Positions 13,201 to 27,582 of a stretch of 64,000 nucleotides of DNA are shown here, one piece after another. Location of the stretch: the NCBI GenBank assembly GCA_903813345.2, contig CAIIXF020000001.1, forward strand, positions 24,118,001 to 24,182,000, given 5' to 3'. Source of the DNA: Owenia fusiformis. Taxonomy: Eukaryota. The translations under genes were made by a program, and so were the position numbers. Below the pieces are notes generated by a model, which searched no databases, was not told the origin of the DNA, and saw nothing but the letters and a program-made list of their open reading frames with translations. How positions within the stretch are numbered: position 1 is the stretch's first letter; each line of letters opens with the position of its first letter.

Positions 13201-16162
13201 GATTTGAAAAGATGGGTTCATACGTAACACTATTAATATAATAATAATTCCTAATAGTGTGTATAATGAAAACAACCCCTCCCTTTATATTATACAAGAT
13301 CTATGTGCTATACCTTCAAGATGGTAAAGAGTAATAAAGACTGATGAACAATCTAGACATAGAGGACATATGAAACTAAGCAGAGACTGAAGAACCACTA
13401 GGAGTTGAGGAACAATAAAGAAAACCCAAACTAATAACCAACATCAACCTGTTAAATGATCAAAGCGTCCCAAAGTTGCTATGCTTAAATATGTTCAACT
13501 ATTTTATATAAACAGCTTGCTTTAATTTCATTATGAATCACTACCATACTAATTGTATATTTTTTCAAGCCTTCTACAAGGTTGTGACGTGGTAGGTACT
13601 CAAATGTATTTTTATGCCAATCTGTTACCTGCTCTGCTATGTGGCACACTGTGTAGGTCATTTAACATAACGAGAACTACCTACAATTAAACTTTTCAAA
13701 CTGTGCCTCACTCTAACATCAACTGAATGTACAATTCCCAGCGTGATAAAGTAATTTCTTAAGCTACGTGATTTGTGTAGAAAAGACTCAAAGATTGTTA
13801 TAGCATCTAACATTGAAACCATTTTAAATAAAATTGCTTTCACAAAAAACTTGCCACATACAAGCCAAGTGCACAAACTACTTAGACTCTCTGAATAAAA
13901 AATATAAACTGAGAAAACACACACTTGAGAAAACATAAACACAGTTTTTAATGTTTGGCAATCTTACAGTATTTCCCCAAACTTCTCATCTGTAAATCCT
14001 TCACTGTATGAAATCTAAACAAGATCTAATATTAGGTCTTACATGATATCAGGGAGGTTTCAAAAATCACTTTAAGATAGACCTTGTTAAGACACAAGTC
14101 TTTATGATAGTTTACATGTACAACCAGTGATAAAGATACTATAATGTGCCATTGAGAGCAGGTTGAATATAGTCACACAATGATCAACTGTTTTCACCTG
14201 ACTCTTTCAAACACATGAGCGGTAATTTTTCATCTTTAGCTACTCCCACGGACACTAATATGACCCTAATGAAGGTTAATAAGTACATTTGATCCTTAGT
14301 ACCTACAGTCATTTAAGGTAGTAAAGTGTATGCTACATTGCCACATATACAGTAAATAAAGGTGATGTCAGTTTAAGACGTCATCCATACCCATCAAGCT
14401 GTTGATTAATGTACATGCATCTGTGTTGTCAAAAACCTAACACAGTTAGAATATATCATTCAGATTACTCCATGAACATCACAAAAATCTATGCTTTTTT
14501 CTGATTTCCAAACTTTTGTAGTTGTGTTCAAATATGTTGCTAGAAGTAATGTTACATTTCATATGAATATGGCGTCACACTTGATTAAACATTTGACAGC
14601 ACATCCAATGGTTTAGCACACAAATTCACGGCAATGAACTGTGAAATTATTGAGGTAGTGCAAATTATAATATCAAGTCAGCATGGATTTTAGGCTGAAC
14701 ATCCAAATAATACTACCTTAACAACTGTCATTTTTTCATACGGTGAATTATCTAAAGAACATCATCCACAAAAAGTTGGAGACTAAAACAATATGTCATC
14801 ACTCAGAACTTGGAAATCCAAGATGTGATATCAACCCATGGTGAACATTCAAAGACATTGATCACACCAGATGGATGTAGCAAGTAAGAATGAGGATCAC
14901 ACCTAGAATTTCATGAAAGAAAGGTACAGAAAGGGATGAATTGAAATAGGTTGTCATAGGTCAGAGATACATGTACTTTGATGGGACTGCTAAAATATTT
15001 GGTTACACAGGTGTCGTATTTCTCTATCTAACATCAATTTATGATTCATGATCCACAAATTAACTTAGTACATACATGGGATCTTTTTTTAGAAACAAAT
15101 CAGGTTGCATGCTACATATGCTGTGAGAACTTGATTTTCTTAAATGTGGGTGACCATTAATAATAGCTTACTACACTAAGAGAGGGATATCTGTCGCCTT
15201 GTTACACAAAAGGTTATAACATTTTTTACATGCCTTTAATGTATAATTATTATGACCTTTCATGCAGTATTTCTTCTTCTATGGTATATTTTTTCATTAT
15301 AAAGCCTGGTTTAGAACTATACTGTGAATGAACGAATTACATGTGTCTTTGAATTGAGTTTTATGAATACAAACCTCTTGGCATTGAAAAGGTAGCTGTT
15401 GGAACTGTTAAAATACACACATCCGCCAATAATACACATATCTAACTGCCAAATCCTGCTCCTTTTACCTCTATAAAGCACCTCTAAATGTATGAGAGTA
15501 TCTTATTGAGAGCTATGACGTAGAGTGTACACAGTGTCTGTGTAAAATATAAAATACAACTAACAATGCATCAGAGACAGCTTGTACCGAGGACATGTTA
15601 AGGACAAACCCCTAAATCAATTAAAACTAGGCCAGCAAGGGTAGACCATCAACAAGATTAGAATCATTAAATAATCTCTAAAACTTTCAATGACCCTGGC
15701 TGGCACATGCCCTTATCTTAATATTATTATTTGTTCAAAAACAAATAGTGTGATATTTTGAAGGGGAAATATGTGCCAAATGGTTATGATTTAGAATTAG
15801 CACTATTCAAAGCCAGATAATAAATGCTTGATATCAGAGATGTATAATACCATTACCTAACCATTTGTTTGGTCTCTTAATCACTAACATAACTTTTGTG
15901 CTCTATCTACATGTGTGTGGACTTTTGAGATTTATTACTGCTAACATTAGTGAGAAATGTCAACCACAGCTATTAATTTGTTGAGTATTTTATGATTATA
16001 TGATCTTCAATACAGCTGTTTTTGGCTCTCTTATCCTATTTAATATTTGAAGTATTTATTTCTATACCTTTTTTACTTACAACTGCACATAAAATGTAGT
16101 GTGCTGGTACTCTCATGTTGGTTTAACAAAAACTAAAAGGGATTGAATAGGCTTGTACTTAC

Positions 16163-18032
16163 AATTTGGGCTTTCTCGAGCTGAATTCTGTACTGCAATA
16201 GGGCTGTTTGAAGAGCTGTGTGTCTTGGAGGTATTCCTGTGTTTCTTGACCGATGCATCAGAGTGATGCGGAGAATTATCTGAGTAATCAGAACGTTCAT
16301 GAGGAGAACGTTCATCGTTAGAGTCAACTATGGTACTACTACTAATATTGATTTCATCTTCGTACAGCTCAAAGTTCATCAGGCTCTCATTGTCAGTGGC
16401 ATCGGACAATGCCGGACTGGCACACCGCATACCACGCGGTGAGTTAACCTGAGATCTGCTCCGACCTCTCAAAGAACGTCTATTTCCTGAGTTTTTCTGC
16501 AAGCTCTCCAAAGGGCTCCCACCCTCACCATATAAATATTTGTCCAGATCTGCTGTTGGGGGTCCAGGTATCTTACTACCTGTTTTAGGCCGACCCCGGA
16601 ATGACCTTCTGGCTGTGGTGCCTCTCTCACCAACATCACCAGTCTTATTGTCTACATTCTCATTTACATTACCATCATTACTACCAACAGTCTTATTTTT
16701 ATCCTGTATGGCTTTATTAGTATCTTCAACAACTATGGTGGGAGTTTTGGGTCGTCGATTTGGAAGTGATTTTCTGAGAGGTGTGTTTCTATTGAAGCTA
16801 GAGGTACTGCTTATACTAATACTACTGCCCCTACGTGCAGTGGAGGCTTGAGGTAAGTTGGGTGAAGAAAAGACATTGTCTTCTGTGACTGGACTCTTAG
16901 GGCTTGTAAGTTGCTCGCTACCGCTTTTTACACCACGGGGACCCGGGATATGACTACTGCTTTGGGGTCGATTTTTCATAGATTTCCTCAGTTCAGTTAA
17001 TCTTTCACCTAGTTCATCCACTGGGCTTACAGGTCCAGGGGATCTAGGACTCAATGGCTCAGATCTGGAACTTGACCACCCAGACCTGCTGCTCGAGTAG
17101 TCTGACCTGTCACTAGGGGGATTACTACTTTCATTACGTGGACTATGAGAAGTGGTACCATATAAAAAAGCACTCATATCACCATTAGCTGGAACCTTAG
17201 GGCTCTTGGGTCTACGCTTTACAGTCACTCTAGCATTGCTATTCCTGTTAAACACTTGGGCCCCTGAACCATCTGAGCTAATACTACTTGGGGTAGAGCT
17301 GCGTGTCGTAAAATTCTCCCCATACATATATGGTTCACCTGCACTCTCTGAACTTGTAGAGCTTTTAGAGCTATGAGAATGTCTTTTATGAGAAGATTTC
17401 CTACTATCTGATGAGCGATCGCTAGTTTGACTACTAGGAGAAAGCATTTGTGCGTCCCTCTCGGAACTTGTTGATGTACTAGTATCTATAGACAACCCAT
17501 CATCAAATAGTCCATACCTGTCAGATAATCCATCTACTCCTAAGCTTGGGGTACGCCTAGTTTTCTTTTTAACATGGAATGATCGCCTGGAAGTAGGGTT
17601 TCCAAATAAGAACCTATTCCAATCAGTTTCTTCAGCGGGAGAGCTCTCTAAAGGCACAAGGGGAGGCTCATATTCATTATAATCCTGTGTTTTATCATTA
17701 TAAGGGTCTTCTTCCCGACCAAATAAGTACCTCATATTTTTTTTCCACTCACTTGATTTAAAAAATTTATATCCATCAGAATACTGATCTCCAGGCGAAA
17801 CTGGACTTTTGTTGAGATTATTCCGAACTTCTGTGCTGTGTTTTGGTTCAGAATTGTTCTGTTCAGCAAGTTCAGCCACCATACTTCCTAGGCTTGTATT
17901 AAGACTGTTGTCATTTATCATATTATTGTTGGCTTCTAGAGTGTTAGAGTTAGTGTTTATATCATGGTTATAAGTTCCCTGGTCTGCTTTAACCTGTGCT
18001 CCTACAGCAATTGTAGGCTGTAGAGCCTCCAT
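16163..18032 (-). CDS. Putative alternative first coding exon of CLASP (623 aa, Ser/Arg/Pro-rich, disordered, SxIP motifs)
   Basis: 639-aa ORF inside the CLASP intron on the CLASP strand, with a good start context (aacaacATGG). A gtaagt donor follows 16163 (1870 nt, phase 1), compatible with the phase-1 acceptor at 4299. SHIP and SKIP motifs are present. Confidence 0.75.
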
Positions 18033-21000
18033 GTTGTTTTACCTGTACAGTTACAATCTGTGGGAATAATACACATTATATATCACGTTAACCATATCTT
18101 CAACTAAATAAATATATCCAGTTACTTATTACTCCATAATTGCTTATCGTATTGTGTTGTAAGTTCCAAATGTCGGTTGTTATAGTTAATAATTCACTTT
18201 TCCTGCCATGTGTCCTCAAAGCTGTATTCCCTCTTTGCCTCTACCACACATAATAATGATGAGTGATTTTGAATGGAGCGGAAGGTAGTCGTGTCACAGG
18301 TCACTAGTCTCCAGTAATGTAAAGGCTGCCTACCTTCCTGACTGATCACTGGCTAACTGTATTAATATCAGCTATACTTCTGATAACACGACTCACCTGG
18401 TCCCGGTGAGGCCTCTAATGGGTAATACATACAAGCACAGTCCAGCAATAAATTACAGCCAATCAAATCAGCTGTATGCTACTGCTTATTAACAACACAC
18501 AGAACAACTAATGTTCATCCAACTGCTGTAATTAAACTGACGTTTTTTATCCTCCAGAGCATAGTGCGTCTTTAAGTGAAGTTTTAACATGGAGGTTGTA
18601 TTTACAGTCTTAACAGTGTTGTAATAATTGTAAAACGGCTCCATATATCCTATTAGAAAGTTGGCCATTGTATTATTACATTAACTGGATCTGTAAGCTG
18701 GATTGAAGGGTTTCAACCTCAGGGCTCTGGGGTAACATTATAAAGGTTAAGCTCATGTTTATATTAGGACATAGCCAATGAAAGCAGCGGAAATGTTGAG
18801 CTTTTTTAAAACTATACAAATACAGCAACATTCTATTTGATCTTTCATTGATAAAGAAAAACCTCTACATTGACTTGGCTGTTTAATGAGCTCACATTTC
18901 CTAGTTTGGCCCAAGTTTAGAAACACTTGAAAAATTACATTGTTTCGGTTTCAACATATGTCTCTCTAGTTTCTTGATATTTGCAAATTATTCTATATTT
19001 GCAAAGTGAAGGGAGTATTGAAGGCCAATTTGAAAGAGAGAGAGTTTGACTTTGAATATTGTTAACAATGTAAATTCAACTGCATAATCAGGCTAGTTTT
19101 AGTCAACTACCTTTTCCCAAAATTTAATTTGTATGTACTTTTGTTATTTACTTGGTTGTACTTAGAAGTTTTCACCACAATGCACTTATGATAAGGAAAA
19201 CGTCTGCTCATTGAAGTGTATTATGGGTAATCAAGACTTCCCCACAACACGAAATCTTCTCTTAAATATCATTCAAACCACAAGAAAGTAGGTTAACCTT
19301 GACACACCTAGCTACGATATGAAACCAGTTAGAAATACTAAAGAAAATATTTTCTGAGAACAGATGAGAAAGTGATCTCAGAAAGGGACAATTCTTCATT
19401 AAGAAAAATTCCTTTGTGGCTACTTAGGTGATAAAACGAAAGCCTGTGTAAAATCACATTTAAAGGTAGATAATACAGTTAAGTTTTATGATTTACATAG
19501 TAAGAGTAAATGGTGTGTAGTGATGGGTTTATATTTTATCTATGTCTCCCAAATGTTTTCAATGGCAAACTTAAAAGTTGAAAGAGTTGAGACATTGTAC
19601 TGCTCTGATTTATCTGACATTTTAATTAAATTATACTGGGATGATAATAATGTAATTTAGGATATTTCACTCTTATTCATGTATTTCTAAATGAATGTAA
19701 AGTCAGTATATCTTGTGATATTTTATGGGAGGGATGTGATATGATGCCAGACAACAGGTAGCGCTTGGTACAGAGGAAGCCTATCGTAATGCCCCAAGGC
19801 ACACAAATAAAATCGAGTGCCAAAAATGTTGCAGCAAATGTTTTAAGTTTTGTTATTGCGACATAAAAGGGACATCAGTATTGAACATAGGGTTTGAATA
19901 CCACTTTTGAATCACTGCTCTTGATTTCATTCAACATGTCATAAAAATTGAAATATGAAATAAATGGAATTCAATCACATTCTTAGGGTTGAAGTTTACA
20001 TTTTGAATTGTAATTATGAAACTACTTTTATTAAGGTTATTGACAATATGTTAAATGATTTGAAGTATTTCAATGGCTTTTGAAAAATGTCATGTTGAAA
20101 ATAAACAGGGAAGAAAATAATTTTTCACACAAAATGAGCTTATTGAGAGAGAATTGAAAAGTAGTTAAAAATACAAGTTGGTCCTTTGTAATGTGCTAGA
20201 TCTTTTGCCTGCGTAAGTAATATGTGCTTCAATGGAGAAAGAATGCTTTTGTTATACCTCACGACTTTTACTATTTCTTCAAGTTCACCAGATAACACTC
20301 CAAGTTTAACATTTACCAGGTATTCTTCCTGTCTTGGACTTTATTTTATGGTTTCTAAATCTCCCTGGATAATTTTGATTTATTTTTCTGGGTATTACAT
20401 TTGATTAATTGTAGGATCCACAGTCAGTTCTATCACTTGGAATAGACATCTCTCACAAGCTTTAGATAAAGAGAGACTGGGGCAAATCAGAATAGATTCT
20501 ATTGTAGATGTACAGTACATGAAATCAAGATGACATTACCCAGATTCATCAAAACTCATCTTTATCTAAATAACTTGATGCATAAATACATCAATGATCT
20601 ACTTAACAAAACATAACCTGGATATGTGAATTGCAATTTAACTTTCGGTTCAAGTGTACACATGAAAATACACAGACAAGGAAACCTATTTAAAAATATA
20701 CTTGTTAATTCTAGGTATTCAGAAGTTCAAGTGATTTGGTCTTAACCTTGAAGCATGTAGTTAAATGAGATAAAAATACAAACATTCATACATCCGATGA
20801 CACTGTAATATGTTATAATATCTTTTTATAACTGAAAAAATAACATTTAACTCTAAAGAAATCTTTTAAATCTTTAAAATCTACCTAATAAATCACTGTT
20901 TACTGACTGAATATGTGTTCACCGAGTGGATATGTCATCAAAAATTGTGTGAAATGTTTTTTCAACAAGTTATTTGAACATACTTGGTGCCTGGAGTTGA

Positions 21001-22774
21001 ATTTGTTGGTACGAAAGGAAATAATATGTATTTGTACTCAATTTGACATATTTTGCTAAAGATAGAATTCTCACTAGTAAATTTCTCTGGAATATTTTGT
21101 TAACCCCATTACGTGTTATGTACTGGGTGTTGCAATCACTTCAAATGAAATAAGGGCAATCAAGAATTAATTCATTTGACTTAATTATTAATACATACAA
21201 ATGGTGGCTTAGATGATAAATCCCATTAATTTCAATGAAATAACTGATAAATAACTTAACATAATCTGTAAATAATTAATAATTATTAAACTTTAAATAT
21301 GTGTTATCTTATTATCAACAAAACAAATGTATTAAATCTCAGTTGTATTTCAAAAAACTAAAAGCCCCAGTTGGACATCTTAGTAAATGGACTTTGTGCT
21401 TTTTTACTTTTTAAAAGCAAACACATTAATTTTTCTTGATGAATATGTATCGCAACAGGGGATTTTCTGCTCAAAAGAAACATCATTGATCATAAATTGA
21501 GACACAATTACAATTCAATTCACTATTTAAGGTCAGATCATTGGTTTAATATTTTCATAGATAAAAGCACCATTACCCCAAATGAAACACTCAACCATAG
21601 GCCATTAAAACATTAGAGAGGTGTAAATAATGTAAATAATGTGTGTTTGTTTGTCTATGATGGACAGGTAAACATTATACTCAGAAAACATATTTGTTGA
21701 CCATCAGCATTTGATGGTTTCTCACATTTAAAATATTAGAATGTACCTGGCTGACCATTTTACCTCAAGTGTTTTGAGGACAGCAATATTTGGATTGGAT
21801 TTTTTCAACCTTTGAAAGTGATGATATTATGAGCATGTTCATTGATGACTCAGCTCACTGTCAATGTATCATCATATTATTCTAACTCTCTTGCATAACT
21901 GATAATCTAACGAAGATCAACGGGGAACAATATCAAATTTCTGTATGCTCTAAACAATGTTCTGACACTGATATTATGTGTTTGTTGTGTCTTGGTTTGA
22001 TACAGAAGCATACATTTCCAATCAATTAAATATATTATATAATTATTTAAAGCAAATTGGGTTAAGCATTGCATGAAATAATTTTTGGATTTTTATAGCT
22101 TTTAAAACAAAGTTGGATGCATGCTAGAGTGGATGATGTCTCGAGCCTGTATTTGGAGGATGGACCAATACATGTTCTTCATTGAGGAATGCATAGTTGG
22201 GACGATGTCAGACAAAACAACAGGGATTTCAGAGAAAGTATGTTCTAGTATATCCCAAGCACATACCCAATGGGTTAAATTGACCATAGACACTAATGAG
22301 TGAAATTAGCACCTAGCTGTTCAGTTAATTAAAACCATTGCCTTCTACTGCATTTCATTTACATCTCAATGTGAAGATTGCAGGATATGCTATGTTAGTT
22401 ACCATAGTGAACATAATACCCCTAATATGAGATATTGAGATATTGCACAACTGAATGCAATTCTGATCTTTGACTTCCTGACTTGCCAACCATTTTTCTT
22501 ATTTCAAAGACAGTGAGGCCTCACCGGGAATCTTTTAACTGCAACAATTAATCAAGCAGTTGAAAAACCCCAGAGTTTCTATTATGAAAAGTGCCAAATC
22601 GGAGAACTGACCTTTTGAATACCCAGAGTGATGGATATATCTATCACACAATTTTCCACTAAAATGCTGCTACATTTGACAAATTTTGATCACTTCACTC
22701 ATATCATATATCAAAATATGTAGAATTGGTTTATGTAGTCAAAAAAAAAAAAATGCTCTGCTATTCAAGATGTT

Positions 22775-23216
22775 AATTACTCAGATGCGAGTAGGCAGTT
22801 ACCAGTTTCGCCACCAGGTGGCTGATTCGGGGGAAATAACATGGCAAGGTATTACAAAATTCCCTTTAACTTGAATATGCATCAGTTTTAGTGGTTCACT
22901 TTTCAAATTACGCTTATGTATTTAATAGTTACACAAATTAAAATATGTCCAGTAAAAGAAAATATTATCTGCCCAACACAAAAAAAGATATTTCACTTTT
23001 TGTAGTTTTACAACATGGGGTCTATGGGGAATCTCCCCGACCTAGAAGTCACATTTTCAGAGAAAATTAAATTTTCAAAGTTGATAAACTCTTTTCAAAA
23101 CCACATTTTTAGATGTAATTTTATATGTAGATTCCAAATATGACACCAGTTTGACTGAATTGTGAATTTTTAATGACGTAAATCAAGATTATTTCTACTC
23201 GCATCTAGGATATTCC
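22775..23216 (+). mobile_element. Non-autonomous ~440-bp DNA element with (sub)terminal inverted repeats CAGATGCGAGTAG / CTACTCGCATCT
   Basis: Inverted repeats at 22782 and ~23195-23206. A second, inverted copy lies at 32406-32635 plus 49620-49834. Confidence 0.8.
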
Positions 23217-26035
23217 ATGGGATCACAGTGACATATGCTTTATGATCTCCTTGTTTAAGTATAATTATGTTATTATAATGCAACACATGTAACTGGTCAC
23301 CATTATTCATCCATTACATACGATCATTATGGGGTAATTATTTGAACTATACCTGAACTAACAAGTTCCCACAACGTTTATGCCAGGTAGACATACTGTT
23401 CAGGTGATGTCACTCATCATATATTCAAGCTTGTTGCCATATAGGAATTCACTAATAATTCAATTAAAGTTAATTATTACTGAATGATAATGATGATGAC
23501 TGATGCTTACCCTTTTTAAGAGTTTGTTATAGTGATGGACATAATACTCTTTAAATGAGTGATAAAACTGAAGTCAGTCAGAGTGCAGCACAGTGGCTAA
23601 TGAATGATTTCAGCAGGGTAATTAATGATGAGCGCATTTCATGTGTTGCATATACAGAACAGTCTTTTAATCCTACTTATCAGTGAGGATTTAGATATGT
23701 TATATGTCACTAAATATAGTATATGAACATTTGATAAGGTTGCAGTATTACTCATTTTGGTCATACTGTTAAACCAGCATATTCCTTTATGGATCAGGAT
23801 GCACTTTGATATGTTCAAAGAAGTCATCTTGGATTTCCAAGGTATGATATTTCAAATCCACAGGAATCAATTCGAATATCTTAATGTTTGGGATCTCTGA
23901 TTTACTTTTATCTATTTGCTCACCCTACTAGATAAAAAGACATAACTGAATTCAGCCCAGCATCAAACAAGATTATTCGTAAATATATAGAATAAGAACC
24001 AGGTAGAAAGTAACCCTGCCTGGTATTTCCTTCCAGTCTAACCTGTCTGAAATTTCAAGAATTTGCAATTTTTGGCATTTCAAAGCATGGTCACAGTGGC
24101 ATATTGGTTGGTATATCATAGAAACTGATATAAACCTCACAATTTGTTGCTAATTCAAGTCTAAACATGAGAATCCAGATGTTGATGAGGTAACATATCT
24201 TTGTTTAGAATGAAGGGTGTAACATGTACATATCATACATACATGTATATTGACCATAGCATTCCACATGGGGACATGATCACTTATTCAAACAACATAA
24301 CTGACCTACAAATATTTAACCTATACACCATGTATCCGCTTTAGATATTTTGTTTTTACTTAATGTTAATGAACCTGATTGCAGGTGGATCAGATTAAAA
24401 AGGACATTGCCACAGAGTTGTATTTTAAATGAAGGGAAGTAAATATCGTAAAAAATTTAAAGGAAATGAAGGTCTCTTGAATATAAGTTTTATGGAGGTT
24501 TTGTGAGATATAAAAAAAGTTGATCATTTATTTATTCAACCTGTGTCCAAACGTCCACAAAGTTCACCCTTTGATAACATTAAATAATGTATTGGACACA
24601 TTCCATATAAAAATGTTTGACGTCAACTCATTTTTTATGTATAAATACACATGATATCAAATGAACTTTCTGTTGATATTGTAACCAAAGCAGTGTCATT
24701 ACAAGAAAAAAGTGACAACATTAGGTATCAAAAGAAACAAGAAATGCTATATATTATGAAACATAACACTACAATATAAAGATAAAGACAATATATCATG
24801 TGAAGTACTCCTGTGATTTTTGGAACCCTACTTTGGAGGCCTCAGTTACAATCAGTAGTTCATTGAAAGTATCTGATATCTCCAATACACATACAAACAT
24901 TTGCATGACAGAGCTATCAAAATGGCCAACAACCAGCCTAGAGCTAAAACAATATTTCATAAATGTGTTTGATCCTGTGTTATATAAGCTCATTACCATC
25001 AGGTATATAATGCTAAAAATACATCCTCCCATAATGCACCTGACACAGCAGACGGTTTGTCCCATAATCAAACAAGATCAACATGCCATATGTTCTCTTA
25101 TAAAAACAATATACATTTTGAACCATTTCACAATAAACCCAAGAAAAATAGATTATACTGTTTTTCCTAAGTATCAAGCCATTCTTATTAAGGTGAGCCA
25201 AACAGGTTATACTTTGCATTACAACAGAGGTGTACAGCTGGATAAGGCAATGCCAGGGTGTGTATAGTCTGCATATTTACCTTACCACCTTCCATATGGT
25301 TCAAATAATTATTTAACTGTCCAATTATCATCATCAAACTGACCTCAATGGTATGTATGATGATAACCAAGCAGAGGATAGTGATATGACCAAACCCAAT
25401 GACTAAACATTCACAAATAACTTCTTATATTTCATTTCAGGCCATGTTTGTCCGAGTGGGAGTAACTGTGAGACACTCTTTAAATAATTAATGACATTTT
25501 TGAGTGGTCACATTTCATTTTTTCACTCTTAAGCTTATCAAATATGACAAGTATTGGAGCCAAGATTAGGACATCTATTTGAATAACACCAGAAAAAAAC
25601 TTTAAAAATTCAAAAACATTATCTACTGAAAAGTCGTTCATTTATTTATTTATAATCTTGACTTCAACGAGCATTGATTGAGGAGATATAGATGGATTAT
25701 CTGCTCTCTCCTGACCACAAACACACTTAACTTTGATAACATGCACTTCACCTATATTGAATGAGGTACTGCTTTTTAAAAATACCACAATGAAACTAAC
25801 CTTTGATTTTACCTGACAATCTCACAAGAAATCATTTTTTAGATAAACAGATCAATATATACTCAACCCAGGTTACTACATAAACTTAATAAACTCATAA
25901 AAAAAACAATATCATTGTACATGTTAGTGAATCATTAACTTCATAAAAACCTTAACACATGTAATACAATTGCAATCATCAAGGAGTAGCCTACTTATTA
26001 TTAGAGTATTATTCTCAGATCACGTTTGTTTTAAA

Positions 26036-26246
26036 CAGTAAAACTTGTGAGATGGGGCACCTCTGTAGGTGGAACACTTCAAAAGTGGAACACCTACAAA
26101 AGTGGAACAACTCTATAAGTGGAACACTTTAAAGTACAATCACCATTAATTTGATGTAAAATAAACCTATGCAAGTGGGATACATTCTAAAATGAATTAT
26201 AATTTTGATGTACCAAAGGTGTTTTATGTTCACATGTTTAACTATA
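26036..26246. mobile_element. Degenerate MITE with internal AAGTGGAACAC tandem units (related copy at ~53139-53284)
   Basis: CAGTAAAAC...GTTTAACT ends and four ~18-bp gtggaaca repeats. A similar CAGTTAAACC...GGTTTTACTG element with gtagaacac / ggtgttcc lies at 53.1 kb. Confidence 0.45.
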
Positions 26247-27009
26247 CAAGTACTGGACTTGGCAATGTCATAAAATGAAGTTAAATTTCACCCAAAATTC
26301 TAATTTGATCACACATCTAAAAACATTGCCGTATGTTTTATACTGCAACCTCTTTAGCAAAATTTATTACAAATAACAGTATGCTTGAAACCATGGTAAT
26401 ATCTCATAATGGTTCACTTTAGTTGAATATCCTCTTTAAAACTTTTAACTGAAAAAACTTGAATCGTACAATTTCAAATGCATCAAACTATAAATCACTC
26501 CACAGGCCCAGCAGGTATAAAAACACATCTATTTTCTTCAAAACAATTTTACTTGAAAAATGGTTTATTTTTTACATTCAAGCTTTGAAAAGGATTTTGA
26601 GGTATGTTTACCACTGTTGCATTTATTACATATCTTTGAATATTAATAGACATAAAAAACAGATACAGGCATTCAAAAGATCTGAAAAATTCACACGCAA
26701 ACAAAAGAAACTGAATGTCAGATAGAATACATATACAATACTGCCATCTTTCAAGTGTTTCTATAAATTAAAGTTGAAATTGAAAAACAACACTAGTGCC
26801 ATCTTTCAATTAAACAGGATCAGGTTGTCGAGATGTTTCAGATATTCAGTAATATAGGAAAATGAATTTGGCAATTTGGATACTTTTGGCATGTTGTATA
26901 GGACAATATCATGACACAGGTAACGTCCATGTCCAATTTGATCAGCATATCTGAAATCTAGACCCTAGCTAGAAAGAGTCATATGAAATATTGTATTTAT
27001 GTCACTTAC

Positions 27010-27080
27010 CAAGGTCTGCTGTAGGAAGCATGTCTCCACTACGTTTCACTTGATCAAACCTTTCAAACAGAATTTTTAAT
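27010..27080 (-). CDS. CLASP1: CLASP exon (end of TOG1): LKILFERFDQVKRSGDMLPTADL, 71 nt, phase 2-1
   Basis: atttcag / gtaagt boundaries; matches CLASP1 LNVIFTKFDEVQKSGNM. Phase is compatible with both neighbouring exons. Confidence 0.92.
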
Positions 27081-27484
27081 CTGAAATAACATAACAGAAT
27101 TGAATCATTGCCGAGATGAAAATTTATTTAAAGCTAGAATCGGAGAAAAATTGTTACAAAATTGCAAGCAAATACACCACTTTCAGCAATAATATTGAAT
27201 CATCAATAGTTGCAGAATAATGTTCACCTTCAAAAATGGTGAATTTAAAGAAACTGCTGGTTTCTTGAAACTAAATAACATCATAAAGGAAGTTAGTCAA
27301 GGATTCAGGAAAGCACAACATTGTAATTCTCTACCATCTTAATACATGAAAATAGTAGAAATGCTACAATAATGGGGATATCAGGGTGATTTAGACACAA
27401 TAATATTATATTATTATATCACAAATGTTGCAATTGATTATTTCTTTTTGTCTGAAGGTATGAATATTAGATGAATATACATAC

Positions 27485-27582
27485 TTGGATGCGCTAATTT
27501 CTTTTTTACTGAGATCATTCCGTACCCTCTCCCCTACATGGCGATATATCTCAACTAGTGCAGCAGTAGCAGCATCTCGGAC
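27485..27582 (-). CDS. CLASP1: CLASP exon (TOG1): VRDAATAALVEIYRHVGERVRNDLSKKEISAS, 98 nt, phase 0-2
   Basis: ttacag / gtatgt boundaries; nearly identical to the CLASP signature VRDAA...LVEIYRHVGERVR.DLSKK. Confidence 0.97.

Noticed and set aside
24796-25370. 155-aa and neighbouring intronic ORFs (and similar 60-100 aa ORFs across the window)
   Set aside because: AT-rich intron composition, mostly non-ATG starts, no recognisable homology or splice support.
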